Assembly (NCBI GenBank): GCA_020350725.1
Contig: CP070719.1
Coordinates: 1,515,404 to 1,579,403, forward strand
Reading direction: 5' to 3'
DNA from: a bacterium
Lineage (GTDB): Bacteria; BMS3Abin14
DNA length: 64,000 bases
Part shown: in pieces, positions 30,731 to 41,057 of the stretch
Layout: every line of letters begins with the position of its first letter
How positions within the stretch are numbered: the stretch's first letter is position 1
Notes under the pieces: model-generated
The model's input: only the letters and a program-made list of their open reading frames with translations
Told to the model about the DNA's origin: nothing
Database searches by the model: none
Program-made: the position numbers and the translations under genes

Positions 30731-32716
30731 ATGATGATGGATGAGAAAACACCTACCGCCGACCAGGACACCGAGGAGGTGACCACTGCCAACATTGATG
30801 TTGATGCAGAGGAAAACGAGAAAGCTCCGGACGCGGGAGTTTCCGACGAGGAGACGGAAGAGGAGGACTTTGCCTCCCTTTACGAAGAAAGCATCCGTGA
30901 CCTGAGGGAGCGTGAGGTCGTCAACGGCAGCGTTGTGGGGATCACAGACGATGGAGTATTGGTGGACGTCGGCTATAAGTCCGAGGGCGTGATCCCCAAG
31001 AAACAGTTCTGTGACGAGAATGGCGAGCTCACCGTTAAGGTAGGCGATACGGTGGAGGTATTTCTCGAGAAGAAGGAGGATTCCGAGGGCCTCATATATC
31101 TGTCCAAGGAGAAAGCGGACAAGATGAAGGTCTGGAACGACATCGGAAAGTCGTACGAGGAGAATCGCCCCATAACCGGCAAGATCATCTCCCGCATCAA
31201 GGGAGGGTTGACGGTGGACATCGGTGTCAAGGCCTTTCTCCCCGGCTCCCAGGTTGACATCCGGCCGATAAGGAACCTGGATCGACTGGTGGGTGAGGAC
31301 TTCTTCTTCAAGATCATCAAATTCAATCCCCGCCGGGGAAACGTAGTCCTCTCGCGACGGGTGCTCCTGGAGGAGGAGAGGGAAAACAAGAAAGAAGAGA
31401 CCCTCAAGATCCTCGAGGAAGGATCGGTCATGGAGGGTATCGTCAAGAATATAACCGATTACGGTGCCTTCATCGACCTGGGGGGCATTGACGGTCTCCT
31501 TCACATCACCGATCTCTCATGGGGAAGGATGCAGCATCCCTCAGAAATCCTGACGGTCGGTTTGAAGGTCGAGGTCAAAGTGTTGAAGTTCGACCGGGAG
31601 AAGGAGAGGGTTTCCCTGGGCATGAAACAGCTCACTGAGGATCCGTGGGAATCGGTTCAGGTCAAATATCCCATCGAATCGAGGGTCACCGGCACAGTAG
31701 TGAGCGTCACCGACTACGGTGCTTTTGTAAAACTCGAGGACGGCGTGGAGGGCCTGGTCCACATCTCCGAGATGACCTGGAACCGGAAGATCAAACACCC
31801 CTCTAAACTGGTGGAGGTCGGGGATAAGGTCGAGGCGGAGGTCCTCAGCATAGACATGGAGAACCGCCGCATCTCGCTGGGAATGAAACAGGTTGAGCCG
31901 AATCCCTGGGACGTCGTCGCCCAGAAATACCCTGAGGGCAGCGTCATAGAGGGAAAGGTCAGGACCCTGACCGATTTTGGAGCTTTTGTGGGCCTCGAAG
32001 AGGGCATCGACGGCCTCATCCACGTCAGCGACATCTCATGGACCCAGAAGGTCAACCACCCTTCGGAAATCCTCAAGAAGGGTGATAACGTAAGGGCTGT
32101 GGTCCTCAGCGTCGACAAGGAAAGGGAGAGGCTTTCCCTCGGCCTCAAGCAGCTGACCACCAATCCCTGGGAGGATATGGAAGCCAAATTCCCTGTCGGA
32201 TCGGTCGTTAAGGGAAGGGTCGTCAGCCATGCCGATTTTGGAACGTTCGTCGAGATCTTCGACGGTATAGAGGGGCTCATTCACATCTCCGAGATGGATC
32301 TGGATGACGGCCAGAGATCAGAAGAGGTCTACCCACCCGATTCAGAGGTGAAGGTCAAGATCCTCGGTTTGGACCGTGACGAGAGAAAGATCAGTCTGAG
32401 CATCGCAGCTGTCAAAGAGGGTGCCGGCGGCAAGCACTACTCCTCCTATCTGAACTCGAGCCAGGGAGGAGGGACCCTGGGTGACATTCTGGGAGAGTCG
32501 CTGGCCGCCCACAAACCGGAGTCCGAGAATGAGGCCCTGGGGGGCGCCGCCGATGACAGTGAGGATCCGGCGGCACAGACAGAGACAGCCCCTGAACCGG
32601 AGATAGCCGAGGGGAGTGAAGCGGACGCCGAGACCGGTCTGACCGGCGAGGAAGAGGAGAGCCAGGGCGAAGATGGGGCCCCCGATGACGAGGAGAAGGA
32701 AGAGCAGACTTCCTGA
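30731..32716 (+). CDS. rpsA: 30S ribosomal protein S1 with acidic N- and C-terminal extensions
   Basis: six S1 domains. Confidence 0.9.
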   Translation: MMMDEKTPTADQDTEEVTTANIDVDAEENEKAPDAGVSDEETEEEDFASLYEESIRDLREREVVNGSVVGITDDGVLVDVGYKSEGVIPKKQFCDENGELTVKVGDTVEVFLEKKEDSEGLIYLSKEKADKMKVWNDIGKSYEENRPITGKIISRIKGGLTVDIGVKAFLPGSQVDIRPIRNLDRLVGEDFFFKIIKFNPRRGNVVLSRRVLLEEERENKKEETLKILEEGSVMEGIVKNITDYGAFIDLGGIDGLLHITDLSWGRMQHPSEILTVGLKVEVKVLKFDREKERVSLGMKQLTEDPWESVQVKYPIESRVTGTVVSVTDYGAFVKLEDGVEGLVHISEMTWNRKIKHPSKLVEVGDKVEAEVLSIDMENRRISLGMKQVEPNPWDVVAQKYPEGSVIEGKVRTLTDFGAFVGLEEGIDGLIHVSDISWTQKVNHPSEILKKGDNVRAVVLSVDKERERLSLGLKQLTTNPWEDMEAKFPVGSVVKGRVVSHADFGTFVEIFDGIEGLIHISEMDLDDGQRSEEVYPPDSEVKVKILGLDRDERKISLSIAAVKEGAGGKHYSSYLNSSQGGGTLGDILGESLAAHKPESENEALGGAADDSEDPAAQTETAPEPEIAEGSEADAETGLTGEEEESQGEDGAPDDEEKEEQTS

Positions 32717-32742
32717 TCACTCGCGAAATAAAGTAAAATAGA

Positions 32743-32790
32743 GCTGTGAGACCCAGGTTCTTCACCGGAAGGGGATCGCAGCTTTTTTTT
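32743..32790 (+). terminator. rho-independent terminator after rpsA
   Basis: imperfect long stem plus T8. Confidence 0.6.
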
Positions 32791-32815
32791 ATCATCCGCA
32801 CCGCAGGGAGGAGAG

Positions 32816-33703
32816 ATGAGTAGAGGAGTCAAGGCCATTGTCTTCATCGCCATCGTTTCGGTGGCCGTCGCCTTCGCCGTAGGCCTGTCCGGCCGGGGCC
32901 GCCTGGACCTGTTTCCCTCAGAGGCCCTCGGGGTTCTGAGGATCGAAGGGGCCATCCTCGACGTCGATTGGTACATGGAGCAGGTGGAGATCCTCAGATC
33001 CGATCATTCCGTCAAGGCGGTCGTCCTCAGGATCGACAGTCCCGGCGGTGCTATCGCTCCCACCCAGGAACTCCATGCGGAACTGGTCAAACTGAGGGAG
33101 GAAAAACCCCTGGTTGTGTCCATGGGCACGGTGGCTGCCTCCGGCGGATATTACCTGAGCTGTGCCGGTGAGTGGATCGTCTGTAATCCGGGCACCATAA
33201 CGGGCAGCATCGGCGTCATAATGGAACTGACCAACCTGGAGGAACTGTTCGGAAAGCTTGGCATCAAAAGCCGAACCATCAAGAGCGGTGACCATAAGGA
33301 CATGGGCTCACCCTTCCGGGAGCTCACGCCGGAGGAAGAGAAACTGCTCCTGGACATGATCATGGATACTCATGAACAGTTTGTGGAGACGGTTATGGAA
33401 GCCCGCCGGGTAGACTATGAGGCGATCGCTCCCTATTTCGACGGGAGGGTTTTCACGGGCAGACAGGCCCTGAAGCTCGGCCTCGTCGATGAGCTCGGAA
33501 ACATCAATGACGCCATGCGCAAAGCCTCGGAGCTGGCCGGATTGAAGGAGGTGCCCGAAGAGATCTTCGAGCCGGAGCAGAAGAGGAGGGGACTTCTGTC
33601 CATCCTTTTCGGTCGGTCGTTGTTGAAAAAACTCGATGCGCTGGTGGACGCGGCGGGATGGGGAGGGGCGGACCGGGCCCTTCAGCTCTGGCGGGCCTTC
33701 TGA
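32816..33703 (+). CDS. sppA: signal peptide peptidase SppA (36K type, S49)
   Basis: S49 family sequence. Confidence 0.8.
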   Translation: MSRGVKAIVFIAIVSVAVAFAVGLSGRGRLDLFPSEALGVLRIEGAILDVDWYMEQVEILRSDHSVKAVVLRIDSPGGAIAPTQELHAELVKLREEKPLVVSMGTVAASGGYYLSCAGEWIVCNPGTITGSIGVIMELTNLEELFGKLGIKSRTIKSGDHKDMGSPFRELTPEEEKLLLDMIMDTHEQFVETVMEARRVDYEAIAPYFDGRVFTGRQALKLGLVDELGNINDAMRKASELAGLKEVPEEIFEPEQKRRGLLSILFGRSLLKKLDALVDAAGWGGADRALQLWRAF

Positions 33704-33953
33704 GCGAAGCAGGAAACAGGAGGCATTCGCCCTCACTCATCTATCCGGCCCGATCTGCAGTCGACCCGGATGCCGGCACCCGGAGGAAAAGGGAAACGGG
33801 ATGTTGAAAATACGATATTTTCTGGAACCTCCCGCCTCCCCTGTGGTCCAATGATCCTGTGTTCCTATTAATAATATCCCATCTCCTGTTTCGGATTATT
33901 CCGGCTTCCGATTCCATGCCCTTCGATGCTTGAATGACATCTATCCTAAAGCC

Positions 33954-33982
33954 TTGACTTTCCACGTTTTTTTGTTTAGCCT
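33954..33982 (+). promoter_or_regulatory. candidate promoter TTGACT-N17-TAGCCT
   Basis: read from sequence. Confidence 0.3.
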
Positions 33983-34026
33983 TTTTCTTGTCCATATCGA
34001 ACAGGGTGGCTTCAGGAGGAGGGAAC

Positions 34027-34305
34027 ATGACCAAAGCTGAGCTCATCGAAGCTCTGGTTGACAGGATCGACCGGTTGACCAAGAAAGAAGCGGAGATGAT
34101 CGTCAACGTTGTTCTCAAGAGCATAGCCGACTCCCTGGCCAACGGCAGGAAGGTCGAACTCAGGGGGTTCGGCAGCTTCAAGGTCAAGGAGCGTCGGGCG
34201 CGTGAGGGGAGAAACCCAAAGACAGGCGAAAGAGTGAGTGTGGATGCTAAGCGGGTCCCCTATTTCAAGGCCGGCAAGGAACTCAGGGACCGGGTGAATT
34301 CCTAG
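34027..34305 (+). CDS. ihfB: integration host factor beta-like DNA-binding protein
   Basis: MTKAELIE..GRNPKTGE..GKELRDR. Confidence 0.85.
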   Translation: MTKAELIEALVDRIDRLTKKEAEMIVNVVLKSIADSLANGRKVELRGFGSFKVKERRAREGRNPKTGERVSVDAKRVPYFKAGKELRDRVNS

Positions 34306-34314
34306 CTTATCTGA

Positions 34315-34342
34315 TCCAAAATCCAACCTCCAAAATCCAAAA
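34315..34342 (+). repeat. heptamer array TCCAAAA x4
   Basis: tccaaaa tccaacc tccaaaa tccaaaa right after ihfB stop. Confidence 0.75.
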
Positions 34343-34558
34343 TTCAGGGTGACATGTACGGACCTTTGGGACAGTGCGCCTGATCCTTTCATGCCCCCCC
34401 TCCTTGAGTCTCACGCCTCCCTTTCAATCCTCCCCTCCCTGACACCCAGTCTCTGCGATCCACATTCCGGCTCCCGGATCCCAAATGCCGGCCTGGCAGC
34501 TTTACTTTTAATGTTCCCGGTGTAAAATACTGCAGGTTAAATACGATCGGGAGGGAAA

Positions 34559-35302
34559 ATGTCTGGTCATTCCAAATGGGCCAACATCAAGAGGCGCAAG
34601 GGGGCACAGGACGCTCAGCGAGGCAAGATCTTCTCCAAACTCAACCGTGAGATCATTGTGTCGGCCAAGTTGGGCGGCGGCGATCCCGATGCCAACCCCC
34701 GCCTTCGACAGGCGATAAGCAAGGCCCGGGCTGCCAATATGCCGACGGACACCATTGATCGGGCGATCAAAAAAGGAACCGGTGACCTGGATGGGGTCAA
34801 TTACGAGGAGGTCACCTACGAGGGATATGGTCCGGCAGGCGTCGCCATCCTCGTCGAAACCCTGACGGATAACAGGAAAAGGACGGTCAGCGAGGTCCGG
34901 CATCTCTTCTCGAAATACAGCGGCAATCTGGGAGAAGCGGGCTGCGTTGCCTGGATTTTCCAGATGTCTTCCCTCTTCGTTTTTCAGAAGGAAGGTGTTG
35001 ATTCCGATCATCTGGTCGAGGTCGCCCTGGAGCACGGTGTCGAAGATATCAGGGAGGAGGACGGGGAGATCGAGGTTGTGGCAACCCCCGACAAGTTCCA
35101 GATGATCAAGGACGCTTTTGACACGGCCGAGATCGAATACCAGGTCGCGGAGGTGACCATGATCCCCCAGAACACGGTCTCTCTCGAGGGTAAAAAGGCT
35201 GAACAGGCCCTCAGGCTTGTCGAGGCCCTGGAGGAGAGCGACGACGTTCAGAGAGTATTTGCCAACTTCGACATCCCCGAAGACGTTCTGGAGTCCATCT
35301 AG
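34559..35302 (+). CDS. yebC: YebC/PmpR family transcriptional regulator
   Basis: MSGHSKWANIKRRKG. Confidence 0.9.
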   Translation: MSGHSKWANIKRRKGAQDAQRGKIFSKLNREIIVSAKLGGGDPDANPRLRQAISKARAANMPTDTIDRAIKKGTGDLDGVNYEEVTYEGYGPAGVAILVETLTDNRKRTVSEVRHLFSKYSGNLGEAGCVAWIFQMSSLFVFQKEGVDSDHLVEVALEHGVEDIREEDGEIEVVATPDKFQMIKDAFDTAEIEYQVAEVTMIPQNTVSLEGKKAEQALRLVEALEESDDVQRVFANFDIPEDVLESI

Positions 35303-35309
35303 AGGTCCG

Positions 35310-35795
35310 ATGCGCGTCCTCGGTGTCGATCCGAGCCTGAGGTCCACCGGCTACGCTGTTGTTGACGGGGACCGTAACCGACAGCAGGTTGTCGAGTACG
35401 GATTGATAAGAACCAGATCCTCCGAACCTATTGAGCAGTCTCTGGCCCAAATCGCCGACTCACTGGACAATATCCTCCGCCAGCATCAGCCGGATTGCCT
35501 CGCCATAGAGGACATCTACACGGCCAGAAACAACCGGGTTGCGCTGCAGCTGGGACACGTCAGAGGGGTGGTGATCCTCGTGTGCCGGCGTTCCGGACTC
35601 CCCGCCGCCCAATACTCCGCAACCCGGATCAAAGAAACGGTGGCCGGTTACGGCCGAGCCGGAAAGGAGCAGGTCCAGTACATGGTAAAGCGCACCCTTG
35701 GTCTCACCGAGACACCGCCCCAGGACGCTGCGGACGCACTGGCGGCAGCCCTGACCCACCTTTTCTGGCAGGAAGGGCCGGGGGAGGACAGTTGA
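35310..35795 (+). CDS. ruvC: Holliday junction resolvase
   Basis: MRVLGVDPSLRSTGYAV. Confidence 0.9.
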   Translation: MRVLGVDPSLRSTGYAVVDGDRNRQQVVEYGLIRTRSSEPIEQSLAQIADSLDNILRQHQPDCLAIEDIYTARNNRVALQLGHVRGVVILVCRRSGLPAAQYSATRIKETVAGYGRAGKEQVQYMVKRTLGLTETPPQDAADALAAALTHLFWQEGPGEDS

Positions 35796-36406
35796 TCGCC
35801 CTGGTAAAAGGACGGCTTTTCAAAAAGGACACTTCCGGTACGGTCATCGTCGACTCGGGCTCGGTGGGATACCGTATTTTTGTCTCCCTGAACACGCTCT
35901 TCGCCCTCCCCGAGGAGGGTGAGGATGTCACCCTCCACACCGTGACAGTGGTACGCGAGGACGCTATGAACCTCTATGGGTTCGCTGAACCGGAAGAGAT
36001 GAAATTCTTCAATCTCCTTGTTCAGGTAAAGGGAGTAGGTCCCCGCCTTGCCCTCTCCCTGTTGAGTGGAATTAAGACGAGGGACCTCGCAAATGCCATC
36101 TCCAAGCAGGACTCAGGGTGGATCTGCGCCGTTCCGGGAGTAGGACGGAAAACGGCCGAACGCATCATCCTGGAACTCAAGGACAAGGTCGAGCCCATGG
36201 AGGGGTATGCAAAGCCATCTTCCTTAGGCCTCGATGAGCAGATTGCCGCAGATGTCGTATCCGCTCTTGTCAATCTGGGATACAGGGCCTCGGACAGCCG
36301 AGCCTCCCTTGGCAGGATCATGGAGGGAAGGGAGGATCCCCTGCCTTTCAATGAGCTTATCAGAAAGTGTCTGGCCGATCTCACCGGCAGGAAAGCCAAT
36401 GGATGA
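35792..36406 (+). CDS. ruvA: Holliday junction helicase subunit A
   Basis: TTG start overlapping ruvC stop; (M)IALVKGRL. Confidence 0.8.
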   Translation: MIALVKGRLFKKDTSGTVIVDSGSVGYRIFVSLNTLFALPEEGEDVTLHTVTVVREDAMNLYGFAEPEEMKFFNLLVQVKGVGPRLALSLLSGIKTRDLANAISKQDSGWICAVPGVGRKTAERIILELKDKVEPMEGYAKPSSLGLDEQIAADVVSALVNLGYRASDSRASLGRIMEGREDPLPFNELIRKCLADLTGRKANG

Positions 36407-37430
36407 CGAGCGCACCGTAAACCCCCAGCAGTCTATCGACGAAGCCGCCTTCGAGGCCACCATCCGGCCGAGACGGCTTGATGAATATGTCGGTCAGTCC
36501 AACGTCAAGGAGAACCTCAAGGTCTTCATCGAGGCGGCCAAGGAACGGAAGGAACCCCTGGACCACGTTCTCCTCTACGGCCCACCGGGGCTTGGCAAAA
36601 CGACCCTGGCCCACATTCTGGCCAATGAGCTGGACGTGGACATACGCGCCACCTCCGGTCCGGCACTGGAAAGGTCAGGTGACCTGGCCGCGATCCTCAC
36701 CAACCTGGAAGTAAGGGGCGTGCTGTTTGTGGACGAGATCCACAGGATGAACAGGATTGTAGAGGAAGTGCTCTACCCCGCCATGGAGGACTACTCCATC
36801 GACCTCATCATCGGAAAAGGCCCCGGTGCGCGAACGGTCAAGCTTGATCTTCCCCACTTTACCCTGATCGGGGCCACCACCCGTATGGGCCTTCTTTCAT
36901 CTCCGTTTCGAGACAGATTCGGCGTCGTCTGCCGGCTCGAGTTCTACACAGAGGAGGAGTTGACCCGTATCGTCCGGCGCTCAGCCAACATCCTCGGAGT
37001 GGACCTGGAGCCGAAGGCTGCCGGGGAGATCGCCCGAAGATCCAGGGGAACGCCCAGGATCGCCAACCGCCTCCTCAGGAGGGCACGGGATTTTGCCCAG
37101 GTCGAGGGCGATGGAATCATCTCCCTGGAGGTCTCCCGTCATACCCTGGAGCGGCTGGAGATAGACGATCGGGGCTTCGACAATCTGGACAGGTTGGTCC
37201 TCCTGGCCGTCATCGACAAGTTCGGGGGCGGGCCGGTGGGCATCGACACCATCGCGGCTGCGGTGGGCGAGGAGCGCGATACCATCGAGGACATCTGTGA
37301 ACCCTACCTCCTTCAGGAGGGTTTTCTGCAACGGACGCCGCGGGGACGCCTGGCCACGGAGGCCGCCTTTCGACACCTGGGCCGGAAACCGACGGGGAAG
37401 GGGGGTTCCCAGAAGGGGCTGTTCGAGTAG
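36399..37430 (+). CDS. ruvB: Holliday junction helicase subunit B
   Basis: [11 protein letters not shown] Walker A; ATGGATGA overlap. Confidence 0.9.
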   Translation: MDDERTVNPQQSIDEAAFEATIRPRRLDEYVGQSNVKENLKVFIEAAKERKEPLDHVLLYGPPGLGKTTLAHILANELDVDIRATSGPALERSGDLAAILTNLEVRGVLFVDEIHRMNRIVEEVLYPAMEDYSIDLIIGKGPGARTVKLDLPHFTLIGATTRMGLLSSPFRDRFGVVCRLEFYTEEELTRIVRRSANILGVDLEPKAAGEIARRSRGTPRIANRLLRRARDFAQVEGDGIISLEVSRHTLERLEIDDRGFDNLDRLVLLAVIDKFGGGPVGIDTIAAAVGEERDTIEDICEPYLLQEGFLQRTPRGRLATEAAFRHLGRKPTGKGGSQKGLFE

Positions 37431-37441
37431 GACAAGGGCAA

Positions 37442-37469
37442 TCCAAAATTCAAAATCCAAAACGAAAAT
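37442..37469 (+). repeat. heptamer array TYCAAAA x4
   Basis: tccaaaa ttcaaaa tccaaaa cgaaaat. Confidence 0.7.
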
Positions 37470-37567
37470 AGCCAAACATCAGGATTCCGGATTCAAAACA
37501 GATTGCGATGCCATTGGCCATCCCATCCAGGCGTACAAAGACTTCTCGGCACTTACCCATTACGCCA

Positions 37568-37634
37568 TCTTTGGGATTCCTTGATTATCTGGGCCCGGAT
37601 TTGGTTTTTATTTTGGATCTTGGACTTTGAATTC
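37568..37634 (+). repeat. inverted heptamer array (YTTTGGA-type, about 9 units)
   Basis: ...ggttttt attttgg atcttgg actttga attc. Confidence 0.6.
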
Positions 37635-37683
37635 GCTTAAAGGCCTGGTTCTCAGCACTGCAGCGATAGTGGGCCGTCAGGGC

Positions 37684-38979
37684 CTATTGCTCCTTCCATA
37701 TCTCCAGCTCGAGGGACGAGGGCGTGACCTGCTCCACGAAGACCTTGAGCTGGGCAAAATCCATTTTCAGGATTTCCTCGGCGAAACCCTGGGAGGACGT
37801 GAAGACCTCGAGGACCTGCGATGAAGAATGGGTCGTAAACACCGGGTTTTCAAGGCTCCCTATGTATTTCGACTGCCTGAGGAGGCTCAGGATGAAATCC
37901 TTCTGGTCCAGCTGACTCATGTTGACGTAGGCAAATTCGATCCTCAGGGGGTCGAAGATGTATCCCAGAGCGGCGAGGCCTTCGGCCAGGGCGTCGATGG
38001 CGACTCGAACTTCTCTGGTGACGAAATACCTGTTGCCTATGAGTTTTTCCTGTTCGTGGAGGGTGACGAAATAGTCTGAATAGTTGAGCAGGCCCAGAAG
38101 GTTCGACAGGGGATCATCCGTATCCAGAGGGTCCCTGTCGAGATGAATGCCGAGGTCATCGATGCATCCGCGGATCGGCTCGTGGGAAAAGAGACCGACG
38201 CCAAGGAGGCGGATGGACTCGAGTACCGTCTGACGGGTGGCGTCTCTGCGGGCCAGGTCCCTGGTCAGTTCGAGCTCCTGCTCGAAACTGTCGTTGCCCG
38301 TGAAGCTCTTCTGCCAGCGCCCCTCGTCGTAAAATCCGCATAGCGCGGCCATACCGGTCACGGTCACGATCTCTGACCTGTCAACCACCATCGGCGGGCC
38401 GGGAGGAACGGCCACCGCGACGTCCTCCTCGATGAGACTCTCGATGCTGGCCAGAAGCGATGGCTCCTTCTCCGGGGTGTATCCGCGATAATAGGATGCG
38501 ATCCGGCCGTTCCGGTCAATGAGAACGAGGGTCGGGAGGTACGCGCCCCGGTAGAGGGTGAATACCTTCGAGTCCTGGTCAAAGAGCACGGGGTATGTTA
38601 TCTTTCCGCGGAAATTCTCCAGTCGGGTCAGAAACCGGCGAATGCGGTCGATGGAAACCCTGATGTCCTCGTTGATGGCCAAAATAACGAGGTCCTTTCC
38701 TTTGTATTTTTCCTCCAGTTTCTGCAGGGAAAGCATCTCCTCAACACAGGATTCGCAATAGATGGACCAGAAACTCAGAACTATGGGTGTGTTGCCGATG
38801 AAGTTGGACAGGTCGAAATCGACGCCGCGGACGTCGGGCAGATTGAAGGAGGGAGCCGGGCCTCCCGAAGGGAGGGGCTCGGATAACTGCTGGGCGGCCA
38901 CCTCCTGGGCTGAAGCCCCTGAGGACGCAACCAGAACGATCAGGATCAAAAGGGATGCCGAGAGAATCTTCGCCCTCAT
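37684..38979 (-). CDS. secreted TlpA/ResA-like thioredoxin-fold protein (CxxC) fused to about 270-aa uncharacterised C-terminal domain
   Basis: signal peptide, WSIYCESC motif, AhpC/TSA-redoxin-like N-terminal 150 aa. Confidence 0.7.
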   Translation of the reverse strand: MRAKILSASLLILIVLVASSGASAQEVAAQQLSEPLPSGGPAPSFNLPDVRGVDFDLSNFIGNTPIVLSFWSIYCESCVEEMLSLQKLEEKYKGKDLVILAINEDIRVSIDRIRRFLTRLENFRGKITYPVLFDQDSKVFTLYRGAYLPTLVLIDRNGRIASYYRGYTPEKEPSLLASIESLIEEDVAVAVPPGPPMVVDRSEIVTVTGMAALCGFYDEGRWQKSFTGNDSFEQELELTRDLARRDATRQTVLESIRLLGVGLFSHEPIRGCIDDLGIHLDRDPLDTDDPLSNLLGLLNYSDYFVTLHEQEKLIGNRYFVTREVRVAIDALAEGLAALGYIFDPLRIEFAYVNMSQLDQKDFILSLLRQSKYIGSLENPVFTTHSSSQVLEVFTSSQGFAEEILKMDFAQLKVFVEQVTPSSLELEIWKEQ

Positions 38980-39032
38980 AGTGCAGACTCCTTTCCCGTA
39001 GGGACGCCCGCAGGATAAGATCGGGTAACATT

Positions 39033-39857
39033 ATGAAGATACATGGAGAATATCGATCCCGCAAGGTGGTAGCGGCCATCTTCATCGTCTTCCTCCTTGC
39101 AGGTGGGATCTATCCCGCCGTCTGTTCCGCCGATGTGGTGGCCGAGATCATCGACGGTGACACGGTGGTCATGGGTGACGGCAGCCGGGTGCGTCTGGTG
39201 GGGGTCGACTCACCCGAGGCTGGCGAACCCTGGTCCAGGGAGGCCGCTGACTGGATGGAGCGCGAAAGCAGGGGAAAGGATATCCGGCTTGTCAAATGTG
39301 AGGAGAGGGACAAGTACGGACGGATACTCGCCGTCCTCGTCCGAGGGAAGGACAACCTGAACCTGAAGCTCCTCGCGGAAGGTCTTGCCGTTCCCATGCT
39401 GATCCCTCCCTGCGGGAAGCTTCTCGTCCCCGATGCGATGAAACGCGCCGCAGAGGCGCTGCTCAACGGGCGGGGACTCTATTCACAGCCGGAATTTCAG
39501 ATCGTTGGCCACGGCCGTTCCCGGGACCTCATCGGGCGGAGCGGGGTGGTCCGGGGGAGGATCCGCTCCCTATACAGAGGCCCGAAGGCCACCCACCTGA
39601 ACTTCGGACCCGACTGGCGTACCGATTTCACGGCGGTCATCTTCTCCCAGGGAAGGGCAAGATTTCAGGCCCTCGGACTCGAGGTCGGCGAGCTGGTGGG
39701 ACGTGAGGTGCTCGTCATCGGTCCTGTCCGTGAGTATAATGGACCCGAGATCGTGGTACGATATCCCGAGCAGATTTTACCCCTTGCCGGGCCCATCCCC
39801 GGGGGGGAGCCGGGTCCCATGGGGGAGGATCCGGCAGGGAAGAGAGATGTCGATTAG
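39033..39857 (+). CDS. secreted thermonuclease (SNase)-like protein with C-terminal extension
   Basis: signal peptide; DGDTVVM...RLVGVDSPE...DKYGRILA SNase-like motifs. Confidence 0.65.
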   Translation: MKIHGEYRSRKVVAAIFIVFLLAGGIYPAVCSADVVAEIIDGDTVVMGDGSRVRLVGVDSPEAGEPWSREAADWMERESRGKDIRLVKCEERDKYGRILAVLVRGKDNLNLKLLAEGLAVPMLIPPCGKLLVPDAMKRAAEALLNGRGLYSQPEFQIVGHGRSRDLIGRSGVVRGRIRSLYRGPKATHLNFGPDWRTDFTAVIFSQGRARFQALGLEVGELVGREVLVIGPVREYNGPEIVVRYPEQILPLAGPIPGGEPGPMGEDPAGKRDVD

Positions 39858-41054
39858 ATGAACCGCACTGCAGGCCTGCTCATAATTTCTGCTGTGGGGA
39901 TCCTGGCCCTGGTCCTCATGGGCCAGGTCTTGCGGCAGAGGGTTGTACCGGACATTGACCCGGGAGGGTCGGCGAAACTGGAGAGGGCTTCCCACCTGAA
40001 CCAGGAGGGACTGGCTAAGTTGACAGAGGGGCGTCCGGCAGAGGCTGTGGTGGTTTTCCGGGCGGCGCGGGATCTGCAGCCGGGCAACGCGGCCATTTCG
40101 CACAACCTCTCCCTGGGGCTGGCCCGGGTCGCGATGTCCAGATCGGACAAAGGGGACGTAAGGAGCGCCAGGGACCTCCTCGGCGAGGCCCTTGACGTGT
40201 GGCCCGAGAATCCGGAGGCGTTAAGGGTCATGGCGGCGATCCAATACCGCGCCGGACAGTACAGAGAGGCACGGAAGACAGCTCTCCGGCTGAACGGACT
40301 TTACCCGGGCGACATGGACGTCGAACAGTTCATTGTCCATCTCGAGGCCAATATCAGGGAAGCTGAGGGCATGGTGTCCGAGGAGGGACATCATTTCCGT
40401 CTCCTCTACAGCGGTGATAGGCGGCTGGAGTTCGAAGGAGAATTCCTCCTGCTCCTGCAGGACGAGATGGATTCCCTGACCTCATTGATGGGGTACTTTC
40501 CGTCGGATGTGATCGAGGTCCTCCTGATGACAGAGGATCTGGGGGAGAGGTCAACTCCCGAGGATCCCCTCCTGTCGGCACTGTATGACGGCAAGATCAG
40601 GGTCTATCTGGTGGGGCATGTCGGCAGTGAGGAGGACCTGAGAAAGATCGTTCGCCACGAGATGGTCCACGCCCTTCTTCACCGTGCGGGCGGTATTCTT
40701 CCCGGCTGGTTTCAGGAGGGACTGGCTCAGTTTCTCGGTGACAGGCTCGCCGAGGAGGGTCCCGCCATGAGAAGCTATCTGCTCATGAGGCTCAGGGATG
40801 GGTATGTGCTCGATCTCAGCGGGATCGGGGAGAGCTTTATCCAGCTGGCCGAGGACGAGCGAACAACAGCGTATGCAGCCAGTTACCTCTTCCTGGAATA
40901 TCTGATAAGGACCTACGGTGAGAATCTGATTCCCATTATTCTCGGGGAACTGGAGAGGGGTGTCGCCCTTGAGGCGGTTCTGCGCGAGCTCACGGGAAAA
41001 GATGTGGCGGCGCTTCAGACGGATTTCCTGACAGACATCAGGAGAGGAGGATAG
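39858..41054 (+). CDS. membrane-anchored TPR protein with HExxH zinc-metallopeptidase (Peptidase_MA-like) domain
   Basis: N-terminal TM, TPR repeats, VRHEMVHALLH...EGLAQF. Confidence 0.6.
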   Translation: MNRTAGLLIISAVGILALVLMGQVLRQRVVPDIDPGGSAKLERASHLNQEGLAKLTEGRPAEAVVVFRAARDLQPGNAAISHNLSLGLARVAMSRSDKGDVRSARDLLGEALDVWPENPEALRVMAAIQYRAGQYREARKTALRLNGLYPGDMDVEQFIVHLEANIREAEGMVSEEGHHFRLLYSGDRRLEFEGEFLLLLQDEMDSLTSLMGYFPSDVIEVLLMTEDLGERSTPEDPLLSALYDGKIRVYLVGHVGSEEDLRKIVRHEMVHALLHRAGGILPGWFQEGLAQFLGDRLAEEGPAMRSYLLMRLRDGYVLDLSGIGESFIQLAEDERTTAYAASYLFLEYLIRTYGENLIPIILGELERGVALEAVLRELTGKDVAALQTDFLTDIRRGG

Positions 41055-41057
41055 GCG

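Noticed and set aside
37297-37584. 95-aa ORF between the inverted heptamer arrays downstream of ruvB
   Set aside because: No SD, Arg/Gly-rich composition, and it lies within the convergent terminator region. Judged non-coding.
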